This document shows, piece by piece, positions 26,583 through 39,747 of a stretch of 64,000 nt of DNA (positions within the stretch are counted from its first letter, which is position 1; each line of letters starts with the position of its first letter). Below the pieces are notes generated by a model that worked only from the letters and a program-made list of their open reading frames with translations, was not told where the DNA came from and did not search any database. The DNA is from Macrostomum lignano (Eukaryota): positions 1 through 64,000 of the forward strand of contig NIVC01000028.1 of assembly GCA_002269645.1 (NCBI GenBank). Reading direction: 5' to 3'. A program made the position numbers and the translations under genes.

Positions 26583-26961
26583 GAGTCCTGAACTTTTCAA
26601 TGTCACTTGTACCTTAAATACATAAGCAATGTATTAGTGCAGTTGCGTATTCAGGTTACCAAGTGGCCACCGTTTTGTGCAGACGATGCTTTAGAGATGA
26701 CATTCCTGCCCAGTAGCAGATGGGGGGGGGAGTGCAGGCAGACTGGCTTATTGATCAGCCAATGACAATCTGTGCATGCGGATTCACTGTCTAACTGCTT
26801 TTGTATAAATTCAAGCCGCGGAAACCGACTTCACAATTAGTAATTCCTCGTACTTGCTAAATGCTATAACATTATGCTACAGAAATTAGTTTGTTAATAT
26901 TGCTTGTTCCTGTATCTAAGCGAACTAAGACTTCGATTGTGCATTAAACGTGGCAGAAGTC

Positions 26962-27310
26962 CGACGCTATCAAAGGCGTAAACGCTCCGAAACCTGACGC
27001 TGTCGAAGGCGCAAACGCTCCGAAACCTGACGCTATCGAAGGTGTAAACGCTCCAAAACTTGACGCTATCGAAGGCGTAGACGAGCTCCGAAACCTGACG
27101 CTGTCGAAGGCGCAAACGCTCCGAAACCTGACGCTATCGAAGGTGTAAACGCTCCAAAACTTGACGCTATCGAAGGCGTAGACGAGCTCCGAAACCTGAC
27201 GCTATCGAAGGTTTAAACGCTCCAAAACCTGACGCTATCGAAGGTTTAAACGCTCCGAAACCTGACGCTATCGAAGGTTTAAACGCTCCGAAACCAGACG
27301 CTATCGAAGG
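26962..27310. repeat. Minisatellite, 33-bp unit (AAACGCTCCGAAACCTGACGCTATCGAAGGTGT), ~10 copies, ending ~30 bp before the Shal ATG
   Basis: Period of 33 is visible at 27013/27046 and as 11-aa periodicity in the ORF track. Confidence 0.95.
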
Positions 27311-27341
27311 CATAGTAAGACCCGATCCCTGACCAGCCAAC

Positions 27342-30300
27342 ATGGCAGCCGTGGCCGCTTGGCTGCCATTCGCCCGAGCAGCGGCCATCGGCTGGGTGCC
27401 GGTAGCCCAGGGTCCGATGCCGCCTCCGCCGGTGCGGGGTCGCGACTGCGGCAAGTCGGACGAGAAGCTGATCATCAGCGTGTCCGGCCGCAAATTCGTC
27501 ACATGGCGCAACACACTGGAAAAATATCCGGACACTCTGCTTGGCAGCGACGAGAAGGAGTACTTCTACGACGACGACAGCAAGCAGTACTTCTTTGACC
27601 GAGACCCGGACCTGTTCCGTCACATCCTGGCCTACTACCGCACTGGCAAGCTGCACTGCCCGAAGCACGAGTGCATCACGGCCTACGACGAAGAGCTGGC
27701 GTTCTTCGGCATCATGCCGGACATCATGGGCGACTGCTGCTACGAGGAGTATCGCGATAAGAAGCGCGAGAACAACGAGCGACTAATGGACGACAAAGAC
27801 TCCGATACGGAGAACAAGATGCCAAACACTACCATGCGAGAGAAGCTGTGGTGCGCGTTCGAAAATCCGCAGTCTTCAACTACCGCGCTAGTGATTTACT
27901 ACGTGACAGGATTCTTCATAGCACTGTCGGTGCTGGCTAACGTACTGGAGACCATTCCCTGCGGCATTGTGCCTGGCACCCTAACTAACCCGGCTTGCGG
28001 TGACAAATTTAATCAGGCATTCTTCTGCTTGGACACCGCCTGCGTCCTCATCTTCACTGTCGAGTACGGTGCGAGGTTCTACGCTGCGCCCTACCGGTTG
28101 AAACATATGCGGGCCGTGATGAGCGTCATTGACATTGTGGCCATCCTGCCGTATTACATCGGTCTGTTCATGCCGGATAACAAAGACCTGAGCGGCGCGT
28201 TCGTTACGCTGCGAGTGTTCCGAGTGTTTCGTATCTTCAAATTCTCCCGACACTCGATGGGCTTGAGAATTCTGGGCTACACGTTGAAGTCCTGCGTGTC
28301 TGAGCTGGGCTTCCTGCTATTCTCAATGACCATGGCTGTCATCATATTCGCCACTATCATGTACTACGCCGAGAAGAACCAGCCGAAGACTACATTTGTG
28401 TCAATTCCGGCTGCGTTTTGGTATACAATTGTTACCATGACAACGCTTGGGTGAGTCTCACAGATGCAAGTGTGACACACGCTATTGGCTTTTGCACCGC
28501 CAGTGCAGGATGCATTTCAGATCAGAAGCGCTCTTGTCTCCTCAATTTTGAAACCCGTCTGAAATGCGAGAAATTAAATCTGTCGTTAGAAAAAAATACT
28601 GATTTTCCAGAATTTCAACCAGAACACGATTTCCAATTCCAATGTGTCTGTCGCCAGTGCTGAGCCTTTTTGACAACATACACGCACTCACACTCAGACA
28701 ACGGGGGATCATGTTTTTCGATGTAGACAGGAGCTCAGATAGCGCCCTGATTAATCCCCAAGCTTCGGATTGATGCGACAGAGAGAGAAGCAGAGAGAGA
28801 GAGGGGGAGAGAGAGAGACGAAACACGAGGCGTTGAGTGAGTTAGAGCACTCTCTCAAGGGCAAGGTGGGTCGGGAGCAGAGAGAGAGAGATAAAGAAGC
28901 ATCAGCTCCCTTGAGCAGTCCCCAATCTTTTAGATCAAATCCCCTACCGGCTAGAAAATCAGCTTAAGCTTTGCTGATTTATGAGCTCGCCCGAGTGCTG
29001 CGGAGAGGCGGATGGATCACATTTTAATCTGCTGGCCCCCTCATATTTCTCTCGCCGGCTATCTCAGCTCGCTCATCTGATCCCGCTCTTCTCTCCTCTC
29101 ACCTTTTTGGCCTCTCCACACCGGCCGGCGCAGTTAAGGACGAGTGGGTGTGGGGGACGCGGCGTGGCGCATCCGGGAGGGCCAGAGAGGGGCTGCTGCT
29201 GGGGATGGGTGGCCCATCTTGATCGATACGAGCTGTGCGGGGGCTGACGGTGAGTGAAGAGGGGATATGGAAAGTGTGAGCTGCCTTGCTCTGCTTTGAT
29301 GCCATTGCTGCTCAGGTTATCCGCTCTCAGCGATGCCCAATGCGCTTTCCTCCCCCTGTCCGTCTCTCTTATGCAGGATGCACGGATTGCTTCTGCCGCC
29401 CTGGTGTGAATTAATCCTGCTCAGCTGGGGACTGACTGACTGACTGACTGACTGACTGACTGACTGACTGACTGACTGACTGACTGACTGACTGACTGAC
29501 TGACTGACTGACTGACTGACTGACTGACTGACTGACTGACTGACTGACTGACTGACGGTCTGTCTGTCTGTCCGCCCTACCCAATCAGTGTTAAACTGCA
29601 GGAAGCAATTTTTGAAAATGTGAAACTCCGCAGCAAATTTCGTGGCGGAATTTCTGGAATTCTGGCCAAAAAAGCAATCCAGGCAAAATTGAAAGCAACA
29701 ATGTTCATTAGCTTCTTCGGCTACCCAGTTAGCAAGATCCATTAGAGGGAATCATTTTACGGAGAGGCTGTCTCGAGCTTAAGCCCTGCCTAGTTTGTAA
29801 AGTAGGCCCTCCTAGTGCAGCAATGGGTATTATCATCTATTAGCCTTTAAGCTTAGGTGAACTGCATTTCTTTTTTTACCTTTCATTCATTTCACTTTCG
29901 CAATTAGTCGGGCACAATGCGCTAGGATTTAACCTAGCAGAAAAAGTGCAAGTCCAATCCGGCTGTTCCGCCCGGCAGGCAACAGCTGAATGAGAGGCAG
30001 TGCTGGTCAGCGCCCACTGCCATAAGCACTGTGCACTCGCCAACTGTGTGCATAGCGCGTGGGCTGTTGGCTCAGCTAAGTCATTAGTGGTAAATGTCGC
30101 ACTATTATTACAGTTCATTTCTTTGCCAATAAACCCAAACAGTTTTGTCCGTGCTTGAACGCTTCAATTGAAACTTTGGTTTCCGGTTCCTTTTGTGACT
30201 CTAATTGGATTGGATTGCTAATCTATGCTACTGAGGATGTAGTGGATTGCTAATCTATGCTGCTGAGGATGTAGTGGATTGCTAATCTATGCTGCTGAGG

Positions 30301-33300
30301 ATGTAGTGGATTGCTAATCTATGCTACTGAGGATGTAGTGGATTGCTAATCTATGCTGCTGAGGATGTAGTGGATTGCTAATCTATGCTGCTGAGGATGT
30401 AGTGGATTGCTAATCTATGCTACTGAGGATGTAGTGGATTGCTAATCTATGCTACTGAGGATGCAGTGGATTGCTAATCTATGCTACTGAGGATGTAGTG
30501 GATTGCTAATCTATGCTACTGAGGATGTAGTGGATTGCTAATCTATGCTGCTGAGGATGTAGTGGATTGCTAATCTATGCTGCTGAGGATGTAGTGGATT
30601 GCTAATCTATGCTACTGAGGATGTAGTGGATTGCTAATCTATGCTACTGAGGATGTAGTGGATTGCTAATCTATGCTGCTGAGGATGTAGTGGATTGCTA
30701 ATCTATGCTACTGAGGATGTAGTGGATTGCTAATCTATGCTACTGAGGATGAAGTGGATTGCTAATCTATGCTGCTGAGGATTTAGTTAGTGGATTGCTA
30801 ATCTATGCTACTGAGGATGTAGTGGATTGCTAATCTATGCTACTAAGGATGTAGTGGATTGCTAATCTATGCTGCTGAGGATGTAGTGGATTGCTAATCT
30901 ATGCTACAGAGGATATAATGGATTGCTAATCTATGCTACTGAGGATGTAGTGGATTGCTAATCTATGCTGCTGAGGATGAAGTGGATTGCTAATCTATGC
31001 TGCTGAGGATTTAGTTAGTGGATTGCTAATCTATGCTACTGAGGATTTAGTTAGTGGATTGCTAATCTATGCTACTGAGGATTTAGTTAGTGGATTGCTA
31101 ATCTATGCTACTGAGGATTTAGTTAGTGGATTGCTAATCTATGCTGCTGAGGATTTAGTTAGTGGATTGCTAATCTATGCTGCTGAGGATTTATTTAGTG
31201 GATTGCTAATCTATGCTACTGAGGATTTAGTTAGTGGATTGCTAATCTATGCTGCTGAGGATTTAGTTAGTGGATTGCTAATCTATGCTACTGAGGATTT
31301 AGTTAGTGGATTGCTAATCTATGCTACTGAGGATTTAGTTAGTGGATTGCTAATCTATGCTGCTGAGGATTTAGTTAGTGGATTGCTAATCTATGCTACT
31401 GAGGATGTAGTGGATTGCTAATCTATGCTACTGAGGATGTAGTGGATTGCTAATCTTTGCTTCTGAGGATGCAGTGGATTGCTAATCTATGCTACTGAGG
31501 ATTTAGTGGATTGCTAATCTATGCTACTGAGGATGTAGTGGATTGCTAATCTATGCTGCTGAGGATGTAGTGGATTGCTAATCTATGCTACTGAGGATGT
31601 AGTTAGTGGATTGCTAATCTATGCTACTGAGGATGTAGTGGATTGCTAATCTATGCTACTGAGGATGTAGTGGATTGCTAATCTATGCTACTGAGGATGT
31701 AGTGGATTGCTAATCTATGCTACTGAGGATGTAGTGGATTGCTAATCTATGCTACTGAGGATGTAGTGGATTGCTAATCTATGCTACTGAGGATGTAGTG
31801 GATTGCTAATCTATGCTACTGAGGATGTAGTGGATTGCTAATCTATGCTACTGAGGATGTAGTGGATTGCTAATCTATGCTACAGAAGATATAGTGGATT
31901 GCTAATCTATCCTTGCGAAAAAGTTTTGACCCCATTTGTGTATCAGTCAGAAAGGGATAAAAAAATCCTACAAGAAGGCATTCATACGCAGCAATCCGCC
32001 TAGCAGCCCACCCGTCAGCCTCGCCGTGGGACATTCGCCATAGCAACCAGTTTGCCTTGGGGATTCGCACGCTTGGGTGGCATTTTGTCTGCGCATTTCT
32101 TCAGGAGTTCTTCAGCGTAACGTCAACTACTGCTGCTGCTGCAGGGTCTAGTGCTGGACTGGCATAGTAGCATAGCGGAATGGGGGATTACTGGCTCGGT
32201 CCTTTACTGGGCGGCTGCAAATGAACGCAGTTTTTTCTTTTTTCTTTTCTGCATTTACCTGTCCAACTTAGCAGTTTCCCTCTGTGATGCCTATCTTTTA
32301 TCAGACAGCCTGAATATGGTTATACCACTTGTGGCTGTCAGACTTTTTGACAATATTAAACTACAGAAAATGTCAGACTTTATTGACAATTAAACTACAG
32401 AAAGTGCCTGACTTTATTGACAATTAAACTACAGAAAGTGTCAATTTTTTGACAATTGAACTACAGAAAGTGTCAGACTTTATTGAGAATTAAACTACAC
32501 AGAAAGTGTCAGACTTTATTGACAATTCAAGTATAGAAAGTGTCAGACTTTATTGACAATTAAACTACAGAAAGTGTCCGACTTTATTGACAATTAAACT
32601 ACAGAAAGTGTCAGACTTTATTGACAATTAAACTACAGAAAGTGTCAATTTTTTGACAATTAAACTACGGAAAGTGTCAGACTTTATTGACAATTAAACT
32701 ACACAGAAAGTGTCAGACTTTATTGACAATTAAACTACAGAAACTGTCAGACTTTATTGACAATCAAACTACAGAGAAAAGTGTCAGAAGTTATTGACAA
32801 TCATACACAGAAAGTGTCAGAAGTTATTGAGAATCAAACTACAGAGAAATTGTCAGACTTTATTGACAATCAAACTACAGAGAAAAGTGTCAGAAGTTAT
32901 TGACAATCAAACTACAGAGAAATTGTCAAGTTATTGACAATCAAACTAAAGAGAAAGTGTCAGAAGTTATTGACAATCAAACTACAGAGAAAAGTGTCAG
33001 AAGTTATTGACAATCAAACTACAGAGAAATTATCAAGTTATTGACAATCAAACTACAGAGAAAAGTGTCAGAAGTTATTGACAATCAAACTACAGAGAAA
33101 TTGTCAGACTTTATTGACAATCAAACTACAGAGAAAGTGTCAGAAGTTATTGACAATCAAACTACAGAGAAATTGTCAAGTTATTGACAATCAAACTACA
33201 GAGAAAGTGTCAGACTTTATTGACAATCAAACTACAGAGAAATTGTCAAGTTATTGACAATCAAACTACAAAGAAATTGTCAGACTTTATTGACAATCAA

Positions 33301-36300
33301 ACTACAGAGAAATTGTCAAGTTATTGACAATCAAACTACAGAGAAATTGTCAGACTTTATTGACAATCAAACTACAGAGAAAGTGCCAGAAGTTATTGAC
33401 AATCAAACTACAGAGAAATTGTCAAGTTATTGACAATCAAACTACAGAGAAATTGTCAGACTTTATTGACAATCAAACTACAGAGAAAGTGTCAGAAGTT
33501 ATTGACAATCAAACTACAGAGAAATTGTCAAGTTATTGACAATCAAACTACAGAGAAATTGTCAAGTTATTGACAATCAAACTACAGAGAAGTTGTCAAG
33601 TTATTGACAATCAAACTACAGAGAAATTGTCAGACTTTATGGACAATCAAACTACAGAGAAATTGTCAAGTTATTGACAATCAAACTACAGAGAAATTGT
33701 CAGACTTTATTGACAATCAAACTACAGAGAAATTGTCAGACTTTATTGACAATCAAACTACAGAGAAATTGTCAGACTTTATTGACAATCAAACTACAGA
33801 GAAAGTGTCAGAAGTTATTGACAATCAAACTACAGAGAAAGTGTCAAGTTATTGACAATCAAACTACAGAGAAATTGTCAGACTTTATTGACAATCAAAC
33901 TACAGAGAAAGTGTCAGAAGTTATTGACAATCAAACTACAGAGAAAGTGTCAGAAGTTATTGACAATCAAACTACAGAGAAATTATCAAGTTATTGACAA
34001 TCATACTACACAAATTGTCGGACCCTATAAATAGCTAAGCTACTGACTTTTCAAGCTCTTCAAACTGCAGGCTCAGTTTATTTACAGTTGCTACAGCCAG
34101 CCCAAATGCATGGGCAGTAGACTGGTTCTACCTCTGTACTGATACAGTATACAGATACTGTACTTTGATATCAAATAGAATTCTTTTTGCCACACTGAGG
34201 CAAACCAGCTGTACTTTTACCTCTCCAGACTTGCCCGTCTGCCTGCTTTCGTTGCTTTTAAAGTCTCTCTTTGATATCGGCAGAAATTTCTTTTTATCTA
34301 TAGGGAGCCGATAAATTAGTAGGTTTGCTCAACGGGGGGTGGGGGTTATTTAGTCCCAGTCCTGGCCGCTTTCTGACTCAGTTATTAAACCCATTAGCTT
34401 GATTAAAGTGTCTTATTTGTCTGTGGGCAGCTGTGTGGTCAAACTGCAGTGCGAGCTCAGCTGGCTTTTAATTATTATTATCTGCGCGATTACTGCCCGA
34501 GTTCCGCTTCGATGGCCAAGCTTTTCTCTTCTCTTGTCTGAGCTCGTTCGCTCTGCGCTCCTCTGCCCTGCCTCTTCATCCCGATGTTTTTCTGCATCTG
34601 TCTCAGTGTCACTCTCACACCCTTCCCGTTTCTCCCCACACTCTCCCTGTTTCTCCCCACACTCTCCCCCCCGTTTCTCCCCACACTCTCCCTGTTTCTC
34701 CCCACACACTCCTCCCGTTTCTCCCCACACTCTACCTGTTTCTCCCACACTCTCCCCCGTTTCTCCCCACACTCTCCCCCCCGTTTCTCCCCACACTCTC
34801 CCTGTTTCTCCCCACACTCTCCCCCCCGTTTCTCCCCACACTCTCCCTGTTTCTCCCCACACACTCCTCCCGTTTCTCCCCACACTCTACCTGTTTCTCC
34901 CCACACTCTCCCCCCGTTTCTCCCCACACTCTCCCCCCCCGTTTCTCCCCACACTCTCCCTGTTTCTCCCCACACTCTCCCCCCCGTTTCTCCCCACACT
35001 CTCCCTGTTTCTCCCCACACACTCCTCCCGTTTCTCCCCACACTCTACCTGTTTCTCCCCACACTCTCCCCCCGTTTCTCCCCACACTCTCCCTGTTTCT
35101 CCCCACACTCTCCCCCCCCGTTTCTCCCCACACTCCCCCTGTTTCTCCCCACACTCTCCCCCCCGTTTCTCCCCACACTCTCCTCCCGTTTCTCTCCACT
35201 CTCCCCCCCGTTTCTCCCCACACTCTCCTCCCGTTTCTCCCCACACTCTCCTCCCGTTTCTCTCCACTCTCCCCCCGTTTCTCCCCACACTCTCCTCCCG
35301 TTTCTCCCCACACTCTCCCCCCCGTTTCTCTCCACTCTCCCCCCGTTTCTCCCCACACTCTCCTCCCGTTTCTCCCCACACTCTCCCCCCCGTTTCTCCC
35401 CACACTCTCCTCCCGTTTCTCCCCACACTCTCCCCCCGTTTCTCTCCACTCTCCCCCCGTTTCTCCCCACACTCTCCTCCCGTTTCTCCCCACACTCTCC
35501 CCCCCCGTTTCTCCCCACACTCCCCCCGTTTCTCCCCACACTCTCCTCCCTTTTCTCTCCACTCTCCCCCCATTTCTCCCCACACTCCCCCGTTTCTCCC
35601 CACACTCTCCTCCCTTTTCTCTCCACTCTCCCCCCTGTTTCTCCCCACACTCTCCCCCCGTTTCTCCCCACACTCTCCTCCCGTTTCTCTCCACTCTCCC
35701 CCCGTTTCTCCCCACACTCTCCTCCCGTTTCTCCCCACACTCTCCTCCCGTTTCTCTCCACTCTCCCCCCGTTTCTCCCCACACTCTCCTCCCGTTTCTC
35801 CCCACACTCTCCCCCCGTTTCTCCCCACACTCTCCTCCCGTTTCTCCCCACACTCTCCTCCCTTTTCTCTCCACTCTCCCCCCATTTCTCCCCACACTCC
35901 CCCCGTTTCTCCCCACACTCTCTCCCCGTTTCTCCCCACACTCTCCCCCCGTTTCTCCCCACACTCTCCTCCCGTTTCTCTCCACTCTCCCCCCGTTTCT
36001 CCCCACACTCTCCCCGTTTCTCCCCACACACTCCCGGTTTCTCCCCACACTCTCCCCGTTTCTCCCCACGCTCCCCCCGTTTCTTCCCACACTCACCGTT
36101 TCTTCCCACACTCACCGTTTCTTCCCACACTCTCCCGGTTTCTCCCCACACTCTCCCCGTTTCTCCCACGCTCCCCCGTTTCTTCCCACACTCACCGTTT
36201 CTTCCCACACTCACCGTTTCTTCCCACACTCTCCTGCTCGTTTCGTTGTGCTGTTGTCCATCTGTTGTCCATTGTTCATCTCCCTCTCTCTGCCTGTCTC

Positions 36301-39300
36301 CACTCTCCCTCTCTGCCTCTTCCCTCTCTCCGTCTCCCTTTTCACCGTCTTCCTTCTGACCATCCCCTCTCCGCCTCTCCTCACTGTCTTTTGTATCCCA
36401 GTTTACACTGTTACACTCCCTCCCTGCGTCTGCGCCCTCACCGCCCCGCCTTTCGCATGCCTTCCCTGCTGTCCCCTCTGTGTAAACAGTCTTGTTTCCA
36501 TTTGCCTCTCTTTCACCCTCTACGAGCGTATTTATTGCTGTCGGTCTTTCAATCTTCACTTCCAAGCTACGTGTACGCGACCCTTGGTCAGCGCTCAGTC
36601 CATAGAGATTTAACACAGCGGCTTAGCCTGCTTATGTAGCCTATAGCGCACTTTTTTGATGACCAGTTAAGTACACGTGGCTTCAGTAGCTGGCGTGTTT
36701 TGTATCTTGACCTAGTTTTACTGACTGGCTGGCCAAGCAAAGTTAAAAATTGTCAATAAATCAATGCCGACGATTTTCTCTGGGAGCTGGAGTGGGGAGA
36801 GGAAGATTCGAGCCAGCCTGGGAGATAAAAATGCTTGATGAGCAGTCTCAAAGCATCCCATCCACTCTGTAGCGCTGCACTCAGGCCAAGCTCCGGGCCC
36901 GTTGAAAATGTCTTCTGGCATCGATTTTGTGTCTCTATTTCTCCCAGTTTTACGGCTCCGAGTCGGAGCTCAGCTTCCGATGTTGTAAACTGGCGAGGGA
37001 TTTGAGAATGGCTGAAATTTATGGATTGATATGTGTGTGCATAGAGAGAGGCTGATTGGGGAGTCCGCGCTAAAATGATGTTATCTAAGAGTATGAATTT
37101 TGCGGGGCAACTTGCACTCGGGTAGGGTCAACTGTCACTCAAAATATTTTATCATCAACAATACTATTTTTAAAATGTAGTTCTTCATAATTGCAGGATT
37201 TTAGGTGTGCTTTTCAGCCTTCTACCCCCCTGTCACCGATCATCCGCCCCTTCATCGTCTATCGGCCCCTTCATCATCTATCCGCCCCTTCATCATCTAT
37301 CCGCCCCCTTCATCGTCTATCGGCCCCTTCATCATCTATCCGCCCCCTTCATCATCTATTCGCCCTCTTCATCGTCTATCGGCCCCTTCATCATCTATCC
37401 GCCCCCTTCATCATCTATTCGCCCTCTTCATCGTCTATCTGCCCCCTTCATCAGCCACCCGCCCCTTCATCAGCCACCCGCCCCTTCATCAGCCACCCGC
37501 CCCTTCATCAGCCATCTGCCCCCTTCATCAGCCACCCGCCCCTTCATCAGCCACCCGCCCCTTCATCAGCCACCCGCCCCTTCATAATCTATCCGCCCCT
37601 TCATAATCTATCCGCCCCATTCATCATCTATTCGCCCCCTTCATCAGCCATCGACCCCTTCATCATCTATCCGCCTCTACATCATCTATCCGCCTCTACA
37701 TCATCTATCCGCCCCTTCATTATCTATCCGCCCCCTTCATCATCTATCCGCCCCTTCATTATCTATCCGCCCCCTTCATCATCTATCCGCCCCATTCATT
37801 ATCTATCCGCCCCCTTCATCATCTATCCGCCCCATTCATTATCTATCCGCCCCATTCATTATCTATCCGCCCCCTTCATCATCTATCCGCCCCTTCATTA
37901 TCTATCCGCCCCCTTCAATATCTATCCGCCCCTTCATCATCTATCCGCCCCTTCATTATCTATCCGCCCCCTTCAATATCTATCCGCCCCCTTCATTATC
38001 TATCCGCCCCTTCATCAGCCATCTGCCCCCTTCATCAGCCACCCGCCCCTTCATCAGCCACCCGCCCCTTCATCAGCCACCGCCCCTTCATCAGCCACCC
38101 GCCCCTTCATCAGCCACCCGCCCCTTCATCAGCCACCCGCCCCTTCATAATCTATCCGCCCCCTTCATCATCTATTCGCCCCCTTCATCAGCCATCGACC
38201 CCTTCATCATCTATCCGCCTCTACATCATCTATCCGCCTCTACATCATCTATCCGCCCCTTCATTATCTATCCGCCCCCTTCATCATCTATCCGCCCCTT
38301 CATTATCTATCCGCCCCCTTCATCATCTATCCGCCCCATTCATTATCTATCCGCCCCCTTCATCATCTATCCGCCCCATTCATTATCTATCCGCCCCATT
38401 CATTATCTATCCGCCCCCTTCATCATCTATCCGCCCCTTCATAATCTATCCGCCCCCTTCATCATCTATTCGCCCCCTTCATCAGCCATCGACCCCTTCA
38501 TCATCTATCCGCCTCTACATCATCTATCCGCCTCTACATCATCTATCCGCCCCTTCATTATCTATCCGCCCCCTTCATCATCTATCCGCCCCTTCATTAT
38601 CTATCCGCCCCCTTCATCATCTATCCGCCCCATTCATTATCTATCCGCCCCCTTCATCATCTATCCGCCCCATTCATTATCTATCCGCCCCATTCATTAT
38701 CTATCCGCCCCCTTCATCATCTATCCGCCCCTTCATTATCTATCCGCCCCCTTCAATATCTATCCGCCCCCTTCATCATCTATCCGCCCCTTCATTATCT
38801 ATCCGCCCCCTTCAATATCTATCCGCCCCCTTCATTATCTATCCGCCCCTTCATTATCTATCCGCCCCCTTCATCAGCCACCCGCCCCTTCATCATCTAT
38901 CGCCCCTACATCATCTATTCGCCCCCTTCATCAGCCATCCGCCCCCTTCATCCGCAGTAATTTGCATTCTCCCGCCGCCCGCAGGTACGGCGATATGGTC
39001 CCAATGACCATCGTAGGAAAAATCGTTGGCGGCATCTGCTCATTATCTGGCGTTCTGGTCATAGCCCTGCCAGTCCCGGTCATAGTGAGCAGCTTCTCAA
39101 GAATTTACCATCAGAATCAGCGAGCGGATAAGCGGAAAGCTCAGAAGGTAAGAGAATTCTCGCATTCTGGATATATATCTTACACTCATTTGGGAACCCC
39201 AAGGTACAGAGAGTGTACATGTCTAACGATTAGAAAGTCCTGTGCCGCTGTACACCCTCTTTGAGCAAGTGTTGGCGAGTCACTCCCCGAGTCTGTGCAA

Positions 39301-39602
39301 CCCCCCCGCCACTGCAGAAGGCCCGCTTGGCGCGAATCAAAATGGCCAAAAATGCCTCCGGCGCCGCGTTTATCAGCAGCAAGAAGCGCGCGGAGGAGCG
39401 CCGCCGCGCCCACGCAGAGCTGCTGCAGGCCGCCGCTGCCGCCTCCGATGCTGACGGCCAAGGCGGACAGCTGGAGCTGCCGGACGAAACGGACGTGTTT
39501 GAGCTGCAGCACCATCACCTGCTCACCTGCTTGGAGCGGACTACGGTTGGTGCCTGTCTGTTTGTCTGTCTGTCTGTCTGTCTTAGTATCTGTCTGTGTG
39601 CC

Positions 39603-39643
<41 letters not shown>

Positions 39644-39646
39644 TAG

Positions 39647-39683
<37 letters not shown>

Positions 39684-39686
39684 TAG

Positions 39687-39747
<61 letters not shown>

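Noticed and set aside
34399-36639. Very long ORFs (up to 746 aa) in several frames on both strands
   Set aside because: They are stop-free by-products of a C/T-only minisatellite inside Shal intron 1. The same applies to the ORFs at 14773-15135, 18550-19325 (repeat parts), 30987-31421, 33324-34034, 37191-38150, 41293-42133, 43111-43621, 44704-45746, 55083-55759, 57950-58640 and 61240-61644.
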